Source: Octopus vulgaris (Eukaryota). From it: a stretch of DNA of 64,000 bases. The notes under the pieces are model-generated. The model ran no database searches and had not been told where the DNA came from. It saw only the letters and a program-made list of their open reading frames with translations. Made by a program: the position numbers and the translations under genes. Of the stretch, positions 13,350 through 26,639 are shown piece by piece. Position 1 is the stretch's first letter. Every line of letters begins with the position of its first letter. The stretch lies in assembly GCA_951406725.2 (NCBI GenBank), contig OX597814.1, positions 92,380,001 through 92,444,000 on the forward strand. The letters are read 5' to 3'.

Positions 13350-13600
13350 TATAGAATCCATGCATAAGTGCATACGGTTGTATGTGTAAAAATGAGCATA
13401 GGTATGTGCTTCTTAGTAAGTGAAAAAAAGGTTGCAAAGTATTGCCAAACCTCAAGTAGGGGAAAATGCGCTTTGTGTTGATGTATGTTGTGTCTTTAAT
13501 ACATGGTTATGAAACGATTTTCTCTTCGACAAAAATCCACAGTAACATGATCTTGAACGGTGTATATTAATTTAGTACAAGACTTACAGATACACACACA

Positions 13601-13634
<34 letters not shown>

Positions 13635-14027
13635 TATTTATTCTTATCATGCATTCCAACCAACAATCCCAAATATAATGAGACTTATAACATCGTATTT
13701 GGAAATATACTGACAATGAAAACAGAACAGAATCAATGCAAATTTTTTAAATAACGCCAAAAATCACTAGCCTATAAACGTCTTAGATTTAAGGAAATAT
13801 TTATTAAGCCAATTATCAGCGATTAAGTTGTCGGGTCATTAATTGAATTATAGAGATAAACATTTTGGCCATTTCGATACACTAGAGAGGAAAATGTCGA
13901 AGCTTTAGTGATAATTTATCACATAAAGCAGAAGACAAAACATAAATATTAATATCATTGATAAAAGATAATACTATTCATAATAACAGCTATACCAATA
14001 ATACAAGCAATAAACAACTTTGAATTA

Positions 14028-14122
14028 ATAACAAAAACAACAACAACAACAACAACAATAACAACAACAATAACAATAATAATAACAATAATAATAAAAA
14101 TAATAATAACAACAACAACAAC

Positions 14123-14154
<32 letters not shown>

Positions 14155-14161
14155 TAATAAC

Positions 14162-14209
<48 letters not shown>
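14028..14209. repeat. (AAC)n/(AAT)n compound microsatellite
   Basis: Direct reading. Confidence 0.95.
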
Positions 14210-14210
<1 letters not shown>

Positions 14211-14730
14211 GTCCTGATGCAGTACCAGGCAATGGCTCTCATCGCTTCTGATCTTAATTGATTGGAAGCGTTATCATGTACATTGCTTTGTCTTGGTATA
14301 AAAGATGGGCTACAGGAAATATTCTGCTCAATACCACAGAGCTGCTTGTCAGTTGTTTGACCATAACCAGTTGAGCATATGTGCATTTCTGATCATGTGC
14401 AGAAGTAGTGGGGGAGCATCGTAGCCATGTGTTGAAAGGAGTTCTTTCGTGTTTGGATAATTCACCTTTGCAAACATGGGTGTTTCGTTCAGCATCCTAA
14501 AACAACCCTTATTCGGGGACCTTTTGAGTAGGATGGTCTACTCGACCTGAAGAAAATTCTAACAGCAAGGTTATACAATGTTTATCTCGATATGAGATCA
14601 CCATATCGTGCATACGGTTGTGATGAATGTGCCAGGTGTACCCTTATCAGGCAGGTAGTTATGAATGGTGTACTGAGCTTCGTATATTTTTCCCTAGTGA
14701 CACTTTGATGGCATCTACTGCTGTCTCACT
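14210..14730. mobile_element. Interspersed non-coding repeat embedded in trinucleotide microsatellites
   Basis: Related sequence at 50072-50470 (mostly inverted) and 17405-17495; always adjacent to (AAT)n. Confidence 0.6.
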
Positions 14731-14732
14731 CA

Positions 14733-14895
14733 AGAAGATGAAGATGAAGAAGAAAAAGAAGAAGAAAAAGAAGATGATGAAGAAGTAGCAGCAGAAGAAG
14801 AAGAAGAAGAAGAAGAAGAAGAAGAAGAAGAAGAAGAAGAAGAAGAAGAAGAAGAAGAAGAAGAAGAAGAAGAAGAAGAAGAAGAAGAAGAAGAA
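14733..14895. repeat. (GAA)n microsatellite
   Basis: Direct reading; second long (GAA)n at 19749-19867. Confidence 0.95.
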
Positions 14896-15022
14896 ATATG
14901 GTGATAATTTTAGCAGGCATAGCAAAGCAAAAGTGCCCTTGCTACTCTTGGCCTTCGAAGGATGCCCGGTACTAAGGCAGCTGATATAAAGTTATAATGA
15001 AAGGAAACCATAAATGATGATG

Positions 15023-15079
<57 letters not shown>

Positions 15080-15850
15080 TCTGCAATTTTGTGTGAACAT
15101 TTTGTCTTCCCTTCTTTCCTGACTAACATAATATGTAAACATGCCTTTTATTGTAACAACTCAATTAAATGCACGATAAAAAAAATTAAGGAAGTAAGCA
15201 CCTGCCAATATATAACATACTGCACAACTACAAAAACTGTAAACCACAGGAAAACTTTTAAGAAGAAAAGAAAAATTCCAAAAGAAAACGAAAAAGAAAT
15301 TCAGAAATTCAAAAAGCCAACGAGCTTCCTCCTACTATTCCCAAAGACTGGAATATCTACAATTTCCTGTGAATATTTTAAACCTCCCTCAAAATAAAAT
15401 AAGCTAGGAAACTTACATACCGACAGCTTTCGAACACACAAACGATCAGCTTATAAAAAAGAAAAAAAACTTTAATATCTACGACTACTGTGAGAATACT
15501 TATCCTTTCCTCTCTCCCTGAGTATTCGAAAATGTAAACACCATCTTCCTTTGTATTCTAAGAACACTACCATTTCTCCCTGTGCGGTCATACAAAAGAA
15601 CATATTTAGTTAATCTTAAAACGTTACTATCTACTTGTTTTCTTTCCTTTTTGACTCTCCCTGGGTGTTCGAAAATGTAAACATCCTTTTCGTTGCAAAA
15701 GTCCTACTGTATTCTCCAATTGGATAGACAAACGAACATCTCAAGAAAACTTAGAAACTTTAATATATTACCCAAATACGCAAACACACTTTTTATTGCA
15801 ACAGCACAATTGAATTCAGAAATTCAAAAATTCAGCGACGTGAATATCAG

Positions 15851-15930
<80 letters not shown>

Positions 15931-16449
15931 AGTGTGTGTGTGTGCATATGTGTGTATATATATTATTATTATTGTTTTTTCTACCAGTAATTACAAATAG
16001 AACAGGTTGAATTGCTTCTTTTCAAGGCAGCGCTTTCAGTGGTCGGTGGCCACTAGTAATAGAAAGCACATTTCACCTCTGCTGACCCAAAGGTTTCGAA
16101 AATTCCTTGGTTTCTATGGCTGACCTCCCCCCCCCCATCTGCCGAATCTATTTATAGACCTGTAGAATATGATCTATTTACCAAACTGCTACACAACTAG
16201 TTCCCCAAACAATGGTAGTGGTGGTGATAAGACAACAATTAAAATAATAATAATAATAATACTGTGCTACAGCTGCTAATGCTACTAATACTACAATAAT
16301 AATACTACAACTACTACTATTATGATAGCACAGGAATCTGGGGCCCAACTACCACCTTAATCACTACCCCACCCCTACTACTAATGTTGTTGCTGCAACC
16401 ACTGCTGCTACTACACGTAAAAACAATAATATCAGTGATATCAGTGATG

Positions 16450-16516
<67 letters not shown>

Positions 16517-16699
16517 AAAGAAACGAGAAGGGCCACATGGGCTGATTAATAATGATACATCTAGTGATGGTGTCACGATAAAAACACTAATAATTGCGCA
16601 ACCTGATAATCGCTATCTCATACGAATGAAAATGAAAAAACAAAATATTGTAAATAACGGTGGGAGTGAAACTGAGCCAATGATGGTGACGGTGGTACA

Positions 16700-17400
16700 C
16701 CAGGTAGGCTTGTTATTCATGGATGACCTCAAACTTTATGGCAAAGATGAAGCCCAAGTCAGTTTCCTCGTTGATACGGTGTATACTGTCAGTGCTGATA
16801 TCGGGATGGAGTTTCATAACAGACCACACTTTCTCAGTTAGACTTGAAGAGAGGGTAAATCAAATGTATGGACGGGCTAACGATACAGTCGGGGGAGGTT
16901 ATGAAGCAGATAGAAGAGACGGGCTATAAGTACTTGGGGATTTTGGAAATGGATAAAGTGATGGAGATAGAAATGACAGAAAAATTTAAGGTGAAGTACT
17001 TGTGCAGACTATGACTGATCTTTAAATCGAAATTAAATGGATGAGATAAGATTGAAGCAACCAACACCTGGGCGATTTCATCCCGTAGATATGGAGCAGG
17101 AGTAATCGCATGGACAGTAGACGAGCTAAACAGCTTAGACGGTTAGACAAGTAAGTTGCTCACTTACTCCACCCAAAAAATGACGACACAGACAGACTGT
17201 ATGTACCAAGAAAAAGCGGGGAAAGAGGACTTATTGGATGCGAACACAGCATTAGAGCAGAAGAAAACAACATAGCATGGTATGTAAAAATGCCACAGGG
17301 CCGCTATTATTAGAAGTAAGAAGGTTAGGATTGTGTAGAAGGAAAGGCTGCAAAGATAAAGCACTATACAAGAAATAGAAAAACGAATGAAACTGAAAAT
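16700..17400 (+). mobile_element. R4/Dong-like non-LTR retrotransposon RT fragment
   Basis: LLFMDDLKLYGK, DIGMEF, YKYLGILE, RLYVPRK..RGL motifs with stops and frameshifts. Confidence 0.8.
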
Positions 17401-17504
17401 AGGTGGGTACCCTTATCTGATGGGTAGTCATGATGGATATACTGGGCTTCGAATATTTTACCCCAGTGTGACTTGGGAGGCATGCACTACTCTCTCATTT
17501 ATTA

Positions 17505-17564
<60 letters not shown>

Positions 17565-17565
<1 letters not shown>

Positions 17566-18408
17566 TCTTTTTGCACTTCTTGCAGGGATGGTGAGAATGA
17601 TCCCTGGCTTACCATCCCTGCAAGAAGTGCAAAAGATTGTCTTAACTGGTACATCACACGTATTGAGAAGAGCATTGTCGATGTGAGAACTGTTGCTGCT
17701 CATGTATTTTAATTTAACTTTAAAAAAAAAAAATTTTTTTTAAATGAACGAACTACTGAGTTTGGTTTAATGGCCTACCAATGTATACTATGAGTTTCTT
17801 TGCCCTAGGAGTCGGGAAGACACTCGGCAAGAAATGATAGCAAATTTGAAAGAAGAAGAAAAAAAAGTAATAATAATAATAATAATAATAATGATAATAA
17901 TGATAATAATAATAATCGCTGCCAAGCATCAGGCATTCAATACCAACTCAGTGAAAAGAGATATTTACTACACAAATGCAACAAACCTCTGCAGAATGTG
18001 TGGTAAGAGGCTGGAAAGCGTGACTCATATCGTAAGTGCGCAGAAAGTGAACAAACGCATACACGACAAGGTAGTGCAGAACCTTTACTGGCTGCTATGT
18101 CGGAAGTATGGGTACGAGGTAACGGGTGCTTGGCACCAGCATACACCCAAAAATTAATGGACGAAAAGAGGAATGCAAAAATCCTCTGGAACTTTGACGC
18201 CCAGGCAGACAAGGTGTTAGAGCATCTCGAAACTTTATAAATAGCCTACAATCTAGGGGTATTACAAAAGTCGGCATTGCTTGGAACAGCACACATACTG
18301 CGTAAAATACAGTCTGTCTAAGGTCCTTGTTGTGATTTGACAAACAGTACAAATCCCGGTAGACACATCTTTAATCAACATCACCATATTGGGTACTGTA
18401 CGACGTAT

Positions 18409-18410
<2 letters not shown>
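17565..18410 (+). mobile_element. R4/Dong-like C-terminal fragments (zinc knuckle and RLE region)
   Basis: LQEVQKIVLTGTSHVLRRAL; AAKHQAF...CRMCGKRLESVTHIVS...HDKV; KILWNF; LQKSALLGTAHILRK; pieces bounded by (AAT)n. Confidence 0.8.
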
Positions 18411-18471
<61 letters not shown>

Positions 18472-18714
18472 GGAAGTGCAAAAAATCGTGTTAACTGGAA
18501 CGGCTCATGTACTGAGAAGAGCATTATCGCTGTAAAAACAACATCCATTTATGAATTTATTTATTTATTAATTTTTTAAATACATATTTTACCTGTGAAT
18601 TTGCGTATGTAATCTGGGAATGCATACAATGAGCTTCTCTGCTCTAGGTGTACGGAAAACACTCGGCGAGAAACGGAAGAAAATTTGAAGAAAGAGGAAA
18701 AATAGTAATAATAA

Positions 18715-19650
18715 CGATGGCACTTAGGTAAGTTAAGATGGGTTACCGAGGTGGGAAGAAAGGCCCATCATTGAACCATCTTCTGTTTGTTGACGACCTG
18801 AAATTATTTGGAAAATCTGAAAAACAGATAGATTCCTTAACCAAAACAATCCAGAAGTGTGGTAGGGACATGGGTATGGAATTTGGGATCACCAAATGCT
18901 CAGTACTTAACATGAAAAGAGAGAAGGAAGTAGCCTGCAGAGTGTTGCGGCTACCCTCAGGAGAGACCATGGGTGAACCCGACGGTTGTGGTAATGATAT
19001 TTAGAGATTTTGGAACTGGATGTCATTCTACACGGAGAAATAAAAGTCATAGTCAGCGAGGCGTATCAAAAAAGGGTGAAGATGGTGTTCAAATCCAAAC
19101 TGCATGCCAAAAATTTGATTACCGCAATGAATATATGGGCAGTTGAGGTGGTCGGATATAGTGCGTCCATCCTCAAATGGACTAAGGAGGAAATATCAAC
19201 ACTGGATAGAAGGACGAGAAATTTGGTAACGCTGCATGGGGCGCTACACCCAAAAGCAGACTGTAAATGAAAAGGAAGAATGGTGGCAGAGGATAAATTA
19301 TTATAGACCACTGTATAAAGAGTGAAAGGAGAACGCTTGCCGAGTATTTGATAAATAGTGATGAAAACCTGCCGCAATATGCTGCGAAATATATGGATGT
19401 AAATGCAGATAAAATGATGGGCAAGGCAGAGTTTAACCAAAGAGGTGAGGAGAAGAGAAAAGAAGACCTTCTTGAAATGAGAATGCATGGAGAGTTTGAA
19501 AAGAATACACGAGACGTTAAGGATAATACAGCATCGTGGGCATGGCTTGACCGAGGTGATTTGAAGCGTACTACCGAAAGCCTTAGCATTGCTGCACAAG
19601 ACCAGGCTCTCGCTACCATTTCAGTGAAGTATAACATCTATAAAATCAGC
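18715..19650 (+). mobile_element. R4/Dong-like RT fragment, second copy
   Basis: LNHLLFVDDLKLFGK..MGMEFGITKC; LDRRTRNLVTLHGALHPKAD; MHGEF..SWAWL..GDLKRTTES..AAQDQALAT. Confidence 0.85.
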
Positions 19651-19869
19651 CGTATTGGGCACAGCGCCTTATCTGTCTGGGGTCCTAGTTGTGACTCGAT
19701 AGATGATTAAAAACTCCGTTGCGTTTTTATCTAAACTGTGTTACGAAGGAAGAAGAAGAAGAAGAAGAAGAAGAAGAAGAAGAAGAAGAAGAAGAAGAAG
19801 AAGAAGAAGAAGAAGAAGAAGAAGAAGAAGAAGAAGAAGAAGAAGAAGAAGAAGAAGAAGAAGAAGATC

Positions 19870-20083
19870 TTTTCTACTCTAGGCAGCACGAAGCCCGAAA
19901 TTCTGGAGGAGGGGATCGGTCGACTAAATCGACCCCAGTACGCAACTGGTACTTTATTTATTAACTCCGAAAGGATGAAAGGCAAAGTCGACCGCGGCGG
20001 AATTTGAACTTAGAACGTAGTGGCAGACGAAATACCGGAAAACGTTTCGCCTAGTATGCTAACGATTCTCCCAGCTCCCTGCC

Positions 20084-20085
<2 letters not shown>
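19870..20085 (-). mobile_element. SINE family A
   Basis: cgaccccagtacgcaactggtact...gaaaggatgaaaggcaaagtcgac...gaatttgaact. Confidence 0.85.
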
Positions 20086-20150
<65 letters not shown>

Positions 20151-20440
20151 TAATAATAATGATATTGATAATAATAATTATAATAATAATGATGATGATG
20201 ATAATAATAATAATGATGATGATAATAATAATGATAATGATAATAATGATGATGATGATGATGATGATAATGATAATAATAACAACCGGTATTTGTTTGT
20301 TTATCATCATCATTATCATCAACATCATCATCATCATCATCGTCGTCGTCGTCGTCATCGTCATCATCATCATCATCGTCATCGTCGTCGTCGTCGTCAT
20401 CATCATCATCATTATTATTATCATCATTATTATTATTATC
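20086..20440. repeat. Compound trinucleotide microsatellite (AAT/GAT/CAT/CGT)
   Basis: Direct reading. Confidence 0.95.
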
Positions 20441-20519
20441 AGACGAAATGACACACACGGACAATACACACGCATACGCCTACACAGACATTAATCGTTT
20501 CCATTATTAAAAAGAAGTA

Positions 20520-21085
20520 CACTATTTATAACTATAATCTCGTTATAACTACAATGATTTTAATTATCTATTAATAGTCTTCTGATATTCTTTTAAGTTT
20601 TTCAATTTACTAATTTTCCACTTTATTATGTTAAAGTTGTAATTTAGGACTTGTATGGTTAGAGTGTTCATCCATATTATCTTACATTTAACATTGAGTT
20701 CAGTTTCTAATATCATTCTAACTCACCTGTAATACTCTTTCATTTCTGTGTTGTATTTTAGCTATTTAGTCTATTCCTATATATGTGTTCTCTGATTTTT
20801 GTGTCTAAGCCGAATGCTGCGTTTTCAGTGCTGATTAATTTGCTTTTCATTTCTGTTATTTTGGCACATTCTCATCCTAATACCTTTGCTGAAACTGACC
20901 GACTTTTGGGAGGTTTTCCTATTCACTGATATTCTTAGTATATATGGATGACATTTTTAAGTCATCCATATATACGAGATGATATATACTTTTCCAGAGC
21001 ATCTGTAACCTGTGGTCGTTTCGTTGAACATGCTTGGCTGTGTAGTCAGAGCGAGGCAGAATAGCAGTGGGGACAGACTATATCT
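20520..21085 (-). mobile_element. Highly decayed R4/Dong-like RT fragment
   Basis: Minus strand SLSPLLFCL and HLVYMDDLK motifs. Confidence 0.6.
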
Positions 21086-21755
21086 CTTCCCTCAAAATCA
21101 CTGCTACTAAAAGAGAAACAATTATTTTTGTTACGATCGTTGTTATATCCACAAGGCTATGGACAGAAAATACGAACCAGTTGCTACGTGGTGGATTCCA
21201 ACTCAAAAGTATGTAATGACACAGCGAACGCAAACTTGCGCCCGTATCCGTAAAATGTTTAAAAGTTTGCTTTCCAACGACATCGTTCCGGATTCAGTCC
21301 TACTACGTGGCACCTTGGACAAGTATCTTCTACATTAGCCTCGGGACGATCAAAGCCTTGTGAGAGATTTGGTGCTCGGAAGCTGAAACAAGCTCGACTC
21401 TTTCTCTTTCTATCTCTCTGTCACTCTATCTCTCTCACTCTATCTCTTTCTATCTCTCTCTCACATATGTGTGAGTATGAGAGAGAGAGAGAGAGTGTGT
21501 GTGTGTGTGTTGTGCGTGTGTGTCTTTGTCTCTGTGTTTGTCATCCATCACCACTTGACGACTGGTGTTGCTTTGTTTACATCCCCTCAGTTTAGCGATT
21601 CATTAAAAGAAGTTGTTAAGAATAAGTACCAAACTTTAAAATTTATATAATTACTGGAGTCCATTCGTTCGACTAATGACTGAAAAAAATAGAAGATATT
21701 TTAAAAAAACAAAAATGAAGGAATAAAATGAAAAGAAATTAAAACGTTACATTAC

Positions 21756-21822
21756 CTTTCCAAAATCTGTTAATCCATCATGTTCATTCGTTTTATTTAC
21801 ATCAACTAACCAGTTGTCTGCC
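21756..21822 (-). CDS. DPEP1: Dipeptidase internal exon (67 nt)
   Basis: Acceptor ctctttttag|G GCA GAC AAC TGG; donor GGA AAG|gtaatg; encodes ADNWLVDVNKTNEHDGLTDFGK; first base completes the TG|G Trp codon from the previous exon. Confidence 0.93.
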
Positions 21823-22147
21823 CTAAAAAGAGAGAAATAAATCAAAATTTATTTTAACGTATTATTTGTTTTTTTAATATCAGAATTCCTTACTAATTTC
21901 AGTAACTCCCAGCTTATCATGTGGTCTTCTAAGTTCTCTTTCATCTTTGTTCTATGTTTCTTCATTGTTTCAGTCACTGGACAGCAGCTATGATGGGGCA
22001 TCGATTAGTAGAACACATCAACCCCAGTAATTATTGCCGAACCGCTTGGTGCGGGGTTGTCTAATCCGCACTGATTGTCAAGCATTGATGTAGAACAAAC
22101 ATGCACAAATACAGACACACACACACACACATGCATACATACGCACT

Positions 22148-22183
<36 letters not shown>

Positions 22184-22267
22184 CATACATACACACTCTC
22201 GCACACATACACACACATATATATATATACACACACATATAAATATATATATACGCATATATACATA

Positions 22268-22592
22268 TCAGGTCATCCCATAAGTTCTGCCCGATTTTAC
22301 CTTTTTTTAAATTGAATGAAACTTAATGGTATTTTAGAATGTCTAATGGAATTAAAAATTATTTTTATGCATTTGTGTACATTTAAACTAATTAGATATT
22401 GTTTTACAGAATAATAGAATTAAAATTTCTAACTTGGAAGTATCCTAAGAGCATTTAAGGCACATAATGCTTTATGAGTACAAAAAAAGGAAACTCTGCA
22501 GCCGAAGCGACTCGAAACATAGACTCAGTTTATGGGAAAGAATGCTTGAATGAAAGAACTTGCAGAAGATGGTTTGCAAAATTCAGAAGTGG
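22268..22592 (+). mobile_element. Mariner 5' fragment (same family as 29269-30535, inverted)
   Basis: Starts tcaggtcatcccataagttctg; KGNSAAEATRNIDSVYGKECLNERTCRRWFAKFRSG; truncated by the next element. Confidence 0.9.
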
Positions 22593-22594
22593 AT

Positions 22595-23392
22595 TACCTG
22601 ATATATGCAAAACAACCAGACAGTTAGATGATACAAAAAGGGACAACAAAACATCCAGACAAACAGTACAAAGAAAACCAGGACGGGTCATTCGGAGTTT
22701 TCTATCCTCAGTCGAGTTCCAGATTATCTTTCCAATTTTGGCTGGTTATACTCGAGATTGTTCCAATCTGGCCAGCCCCAAGAAAGAACTAAGCTAAGAG
22801 CATTAGATTCCTTGGAAGAAAGCAGCGAATGTATACGAAAACAAGGACAGAAAAAAAGAGAAATATTACACAAATACAAATGCAATTAACAGGACATAAT
22901 AACAGGTGTCATTCCACAAAGTACGAATTAAATTAAGCAGGCGTGTGTGGAAGTAAAGCCTTACAGCAGAGACATAAGATGTGAGAGAGGGGGAACGAAG
23001 GAACAGAGATTGGAATGAACGAAGCGTGAAAGGGCTGATACAAAGAAGGAAATAATGAAAGAATAGAAATAATAATAAAGTCATACAAAATAATATATAT
23101 ATACTTACATAAAAGAAACCAAAGTGTACGTATGCCGTTATATTTATGTATAAAAACATACAAAAATTGGACAAGAACGCAAAACATTCAGACAGTTAGG
23201 TGATACAAAAAAAGGGACAACAAAACAACAAGACACACGATACAAAGAAACCCAGGGCGGGTCATTCGGAGTTCTCTATCCTCAGTCGAGTTCCAGATTA
23301 TCTTTGCAATTTCGGCTGGTTATACTCGAGATTGTTCCAATCTGGCCAGCCCCAAGAAAAAACCAAGCTAAGAGCTTGGAAGGAAGCAGCGA

Positions 23393-23398
<6 letters not shown>
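22595..23398. repeat. Two direct repeats of about 220 bp (22615-22835 and 23188-23398), possibly Penelope-like terminal repeats
   Basis: Shared block ggtcattcggagtt.tctatcctcagtcgagttccagattatcttt...ctggccagccccaagaaa...gcagcgaatgtata. Confidence 0.7.
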
Positions 23399-23455
<57 letters not shown>

Positions 23456-24039
23456 TGTGTTGGTAGGTAGGTAGGTATGTACGTAAATATGTATGCATGT
23501 AGGCACGTAATCTCTGGAAACGCAGTCGAAACGACTTTATACGAGTTCTTGAACATATTCACATAAATGCTCATTCTTTCAGCTGTTTCTTTCTAAGAGC
23601 AGATACATGACATACTTGTGTTACTATGCTCATACACATATGTATATATGTTATTGTACATTTTTGAATGCATGCGTATACACAAGATTCAAAATAACAA
23701 TTGTTGATTTTACAATATGTCTACGTACCTGACAGTCATGGAGAAAAGAAATATATTTATTTTTTATGACATGAAAACGAACTGTCAAATTTGCAATGAC
23801 AAAATTACCGAGCGGTTAATTTTTTATCTATAAATGTCCGTGCAGGCGCCCGCATGTGTGTGTGTGCGTGTATGTGTGTGTGTGTGTATGTGTGTGTGTG
23901 TATGTGTGTGTGTGTGTGTGTGTGTCTGCGAGCTAAAGGCCTCAATTTTAAAGATGAATCAATTATGTAGTATTCACGTCAGCGCTATATATATATTTCG
24001 ATTTCCGTCCCTCATCAAGTGTTTTTTATACATACATTG

Positions 24040-24130
<91 letters not shown>

Positions 24131-24155
24131 CGCAGCCGTAGCTGAGTGGTAAGAA

Positions 24156-26126
24156 TCTTACGTTTGTTGTCAGTTGTTCATAGCACTGATTGAAGTCGTC
24201 TCGCTCGCTTGCAGCGGACGAAAACTGATTGTGAAAATGACTCTGCTGTAAGGTAAGGCTTCTCCTTCTTGGCTCCACTGAGGGTTTGTTGTCTATGGGC
24301 ACGGGTCTGCCTGCAGTAGAGTATATAGTTTTTCTCACTTAATTGTGAGAATTATTGCTTGGGGGCGTATCCTGCCTCCAAACTTAGTTCGTGAATAGTG
24401 TTGTTCTCAATTAATTTTGAAAATTGTTCTCTTGGAAAGTTGGTTCATGTTGGTGAATAATTTTGAGGAATAATTTTGCGGAATAATTTTGTGGAATAAT
24501 TTTGTGGAATAATTTTGTGGAATAATACATCAACTGTGAGAAGCTTTGTTCCAGTTTCAAATTGAAGGCAGGGGAGTACCGCGTGGCCAAAGGATTTTTT
24601 GCCGTGTGTTTTCAACTATCGCCGTTTATTCTATCTTTCATTTTGAAACTCTTTATTGAACTGTTTATTTTTTGTGTTTCTTCTTTTTGGTTGGGATTTT
24701 CTTTATGATTTTTCTCTCTAATTGTTTGAATTTTGTGAACTGTTTAATTTATCATGACAAAGAACAAAGAAAAAATTGTAGAGTGGGAGATAGTGCCACC
24801 CAAGCAATGGATGGAAGAGTTTGAAAAGAAGACGGTGGTGTTGAGGATTTACTCCCAAGTCTCTCGACACCATCGGCGACTTCGAGAAAAATTTGATAGA
24901 AAAAGAGTTGGCGGAATATATGTCAACTATTAAGTATATCTCTAGGGGGGTCAAATACGCAACCGGATGGTTGCTATTTGACACCCCACGAAGAGGATCG
25001 AAAATTCGCGGCCAGCCCGTGGAGGGCGGAGAAATTTTGTTTCTTCCCACTTATTGTGGTAAGAAGTTGGCGAGGACTTGGGTCTGCGGTTTGCCACCCA
25101 GAATTGAACCCGAGTGGATAGAGGATACTCTCCGCCGGGGTCTGGGTGGCAGCAGTACCAATCTCCTCAACGTAAATATCTTGCCTGCGGCTGATTGGGA
25201 GGGGTCAAAAGCTGTTTTGAACCTATGGACCCAATCAGCCGAAAACCTGGTATTCCCAGATTTTTTAAAGATTGGCCGGGTCCAGGTATCCGGTGATGCT
25301 TGGGGGACGCTCCCCACCCAAGTGTCACCTGTGCCTGGAACTGGGCCATAGGAAAAAGTACTTCCCTCAGGACCAAAATAAGATCCTGGGGCAGTTAATA
25401 AAGATACCGCTCCCTGTTCCCTCATTGGAGGGAGAGAAGGAGAAAGTCGAGGAGGTGGAAACCTCCTCGAAAAAGGCAAAAAAGAAAGGTGGGCAACAAT
25501 GGTTGCCCACCGAAGGACCCGAAGGCTGCGAGAGGGGGATAGAATCGGCTGGATAAAGCGGAGGAACTCCACCCTCCCGTGGTTCAAGGGAAAACAAAGA
25601 AAAAAGAAAAATTGGACATTATCTGCTGTTTGTGACACACTGCCGGCATATCCCGAAGCACCTTCGGTGGAAGTTGTACTTCGGGACCGAAGGTGAAAAC
25701 TGTAGACTCCTCCTATGCTGTGGAAGAGGAATTTGTGGTCCTCTTCCATAAGGGAGGGACACTAGACGGCTTCATTAAGAAGTTTAAAAAGAAAAGCCAA
25801 AGGGATTGGATTCTGTCCTGCATGGAGGACCCTGAATGGCCTTCGCAGGTGACTGCGGAGGTCATATAGGAAACCGATCTGTGCAGGATAATGAACTCCT
25901 TCCCAGAGGATACCTTTAGATTTGTGTTAAAATGGCTCGACTCGACACCGTCTGAGTGTTTGACTAGGGCGAGAGGCCTGGTTGGGCAGGAAAGCATGCA
26001 ACTGATAATAAAAGAGGTTTGGTGCCTCATTTTTCCACATTTCATTTGTCATTCATATCATTATGTGTGTGTCGAGCCCGTAGCTTCCTTTCTATGTAAG
26101 GCCTTTATGGCCAATGTAATGAATAA
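24156..26126 (+). mobile_element. Tx1/L1-like non-LTR element, ORF1 only (decayed gag-like protein with zinc knuckle), inserted into a family B SINE
   Basis: Frameshifted ORF1 (about 24811-25550) with WVCGLPPRI and KCHLCLELGHRKKYF (degenerate CX2CX4HX4C); AATAAA at 3' end; AAGAA on both sides (24151-24155, 26127-26131); SINE resumes acttgcttcctaaccacatg. Confidence 0.7.
24455..24526. repeat. 13-bp tandem repeat (ggaataattttgt) x about 5 in the element 5' UTR
   Basis: Direct reading. Confidence 0.85.
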
Positions 26127-26266
26127 AAGAAACTTGCTTCCTAACCACATGCTTCTGGGTTCAGTCCCACTGCGTGACACCTTGAGTAAGTTTCTTCTAC
26201 TATAGCTTCGGGCCGACCAATGACTTGTGAGTGGATTTGGTAGACTGAAACCGAAAGAAGCCCGTC

Positions 26267-26319
<53 letters not shown>

Positions 26320-26639
26320 TGTATGTTTGTATGTATGTATTTGTGTGTGTGTGTTTGGAAACTCCTGTCTTCGCCGTGAACGGGAATTAATTTTCTTCCG
26401 TTGTTCCTTTGCGCTATATGGGCTCGACTCATTACTCTCTTCATACACCATTACACACACATCCACAAACACCTTGCCATTCTACACACACTAGCACCAA
26501 ACACTTCCCAGCACCCACCCCACACACCATTATCCACACACAATCTTCAATAGCGTCAATACACATACCACTATAGGAGCAGCTACACACACTATTTAAC
26601 TCAGTATACACACCACACACCATCAGAGGCACAGTCTAC

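Noticed and set aside
13955-20494. Poly-I/L/F/E/K/N/D ORFs resembling membrane or acidic proteins
   Set aside because: Trinucleotide microsatellite translations.
22684-22716. Hammerhead in the 22.6/23.2 kb direct repeats (ctgagga...cgaa on minus strand)
   Set aside because: GAAA is GAAU in both copies and I could not form helix I.
25051-25749. 232-aa minus-strand ORF
   Set aside because: Antisense shadow of the Tx1-like ORF1 region; no recognisable motif.
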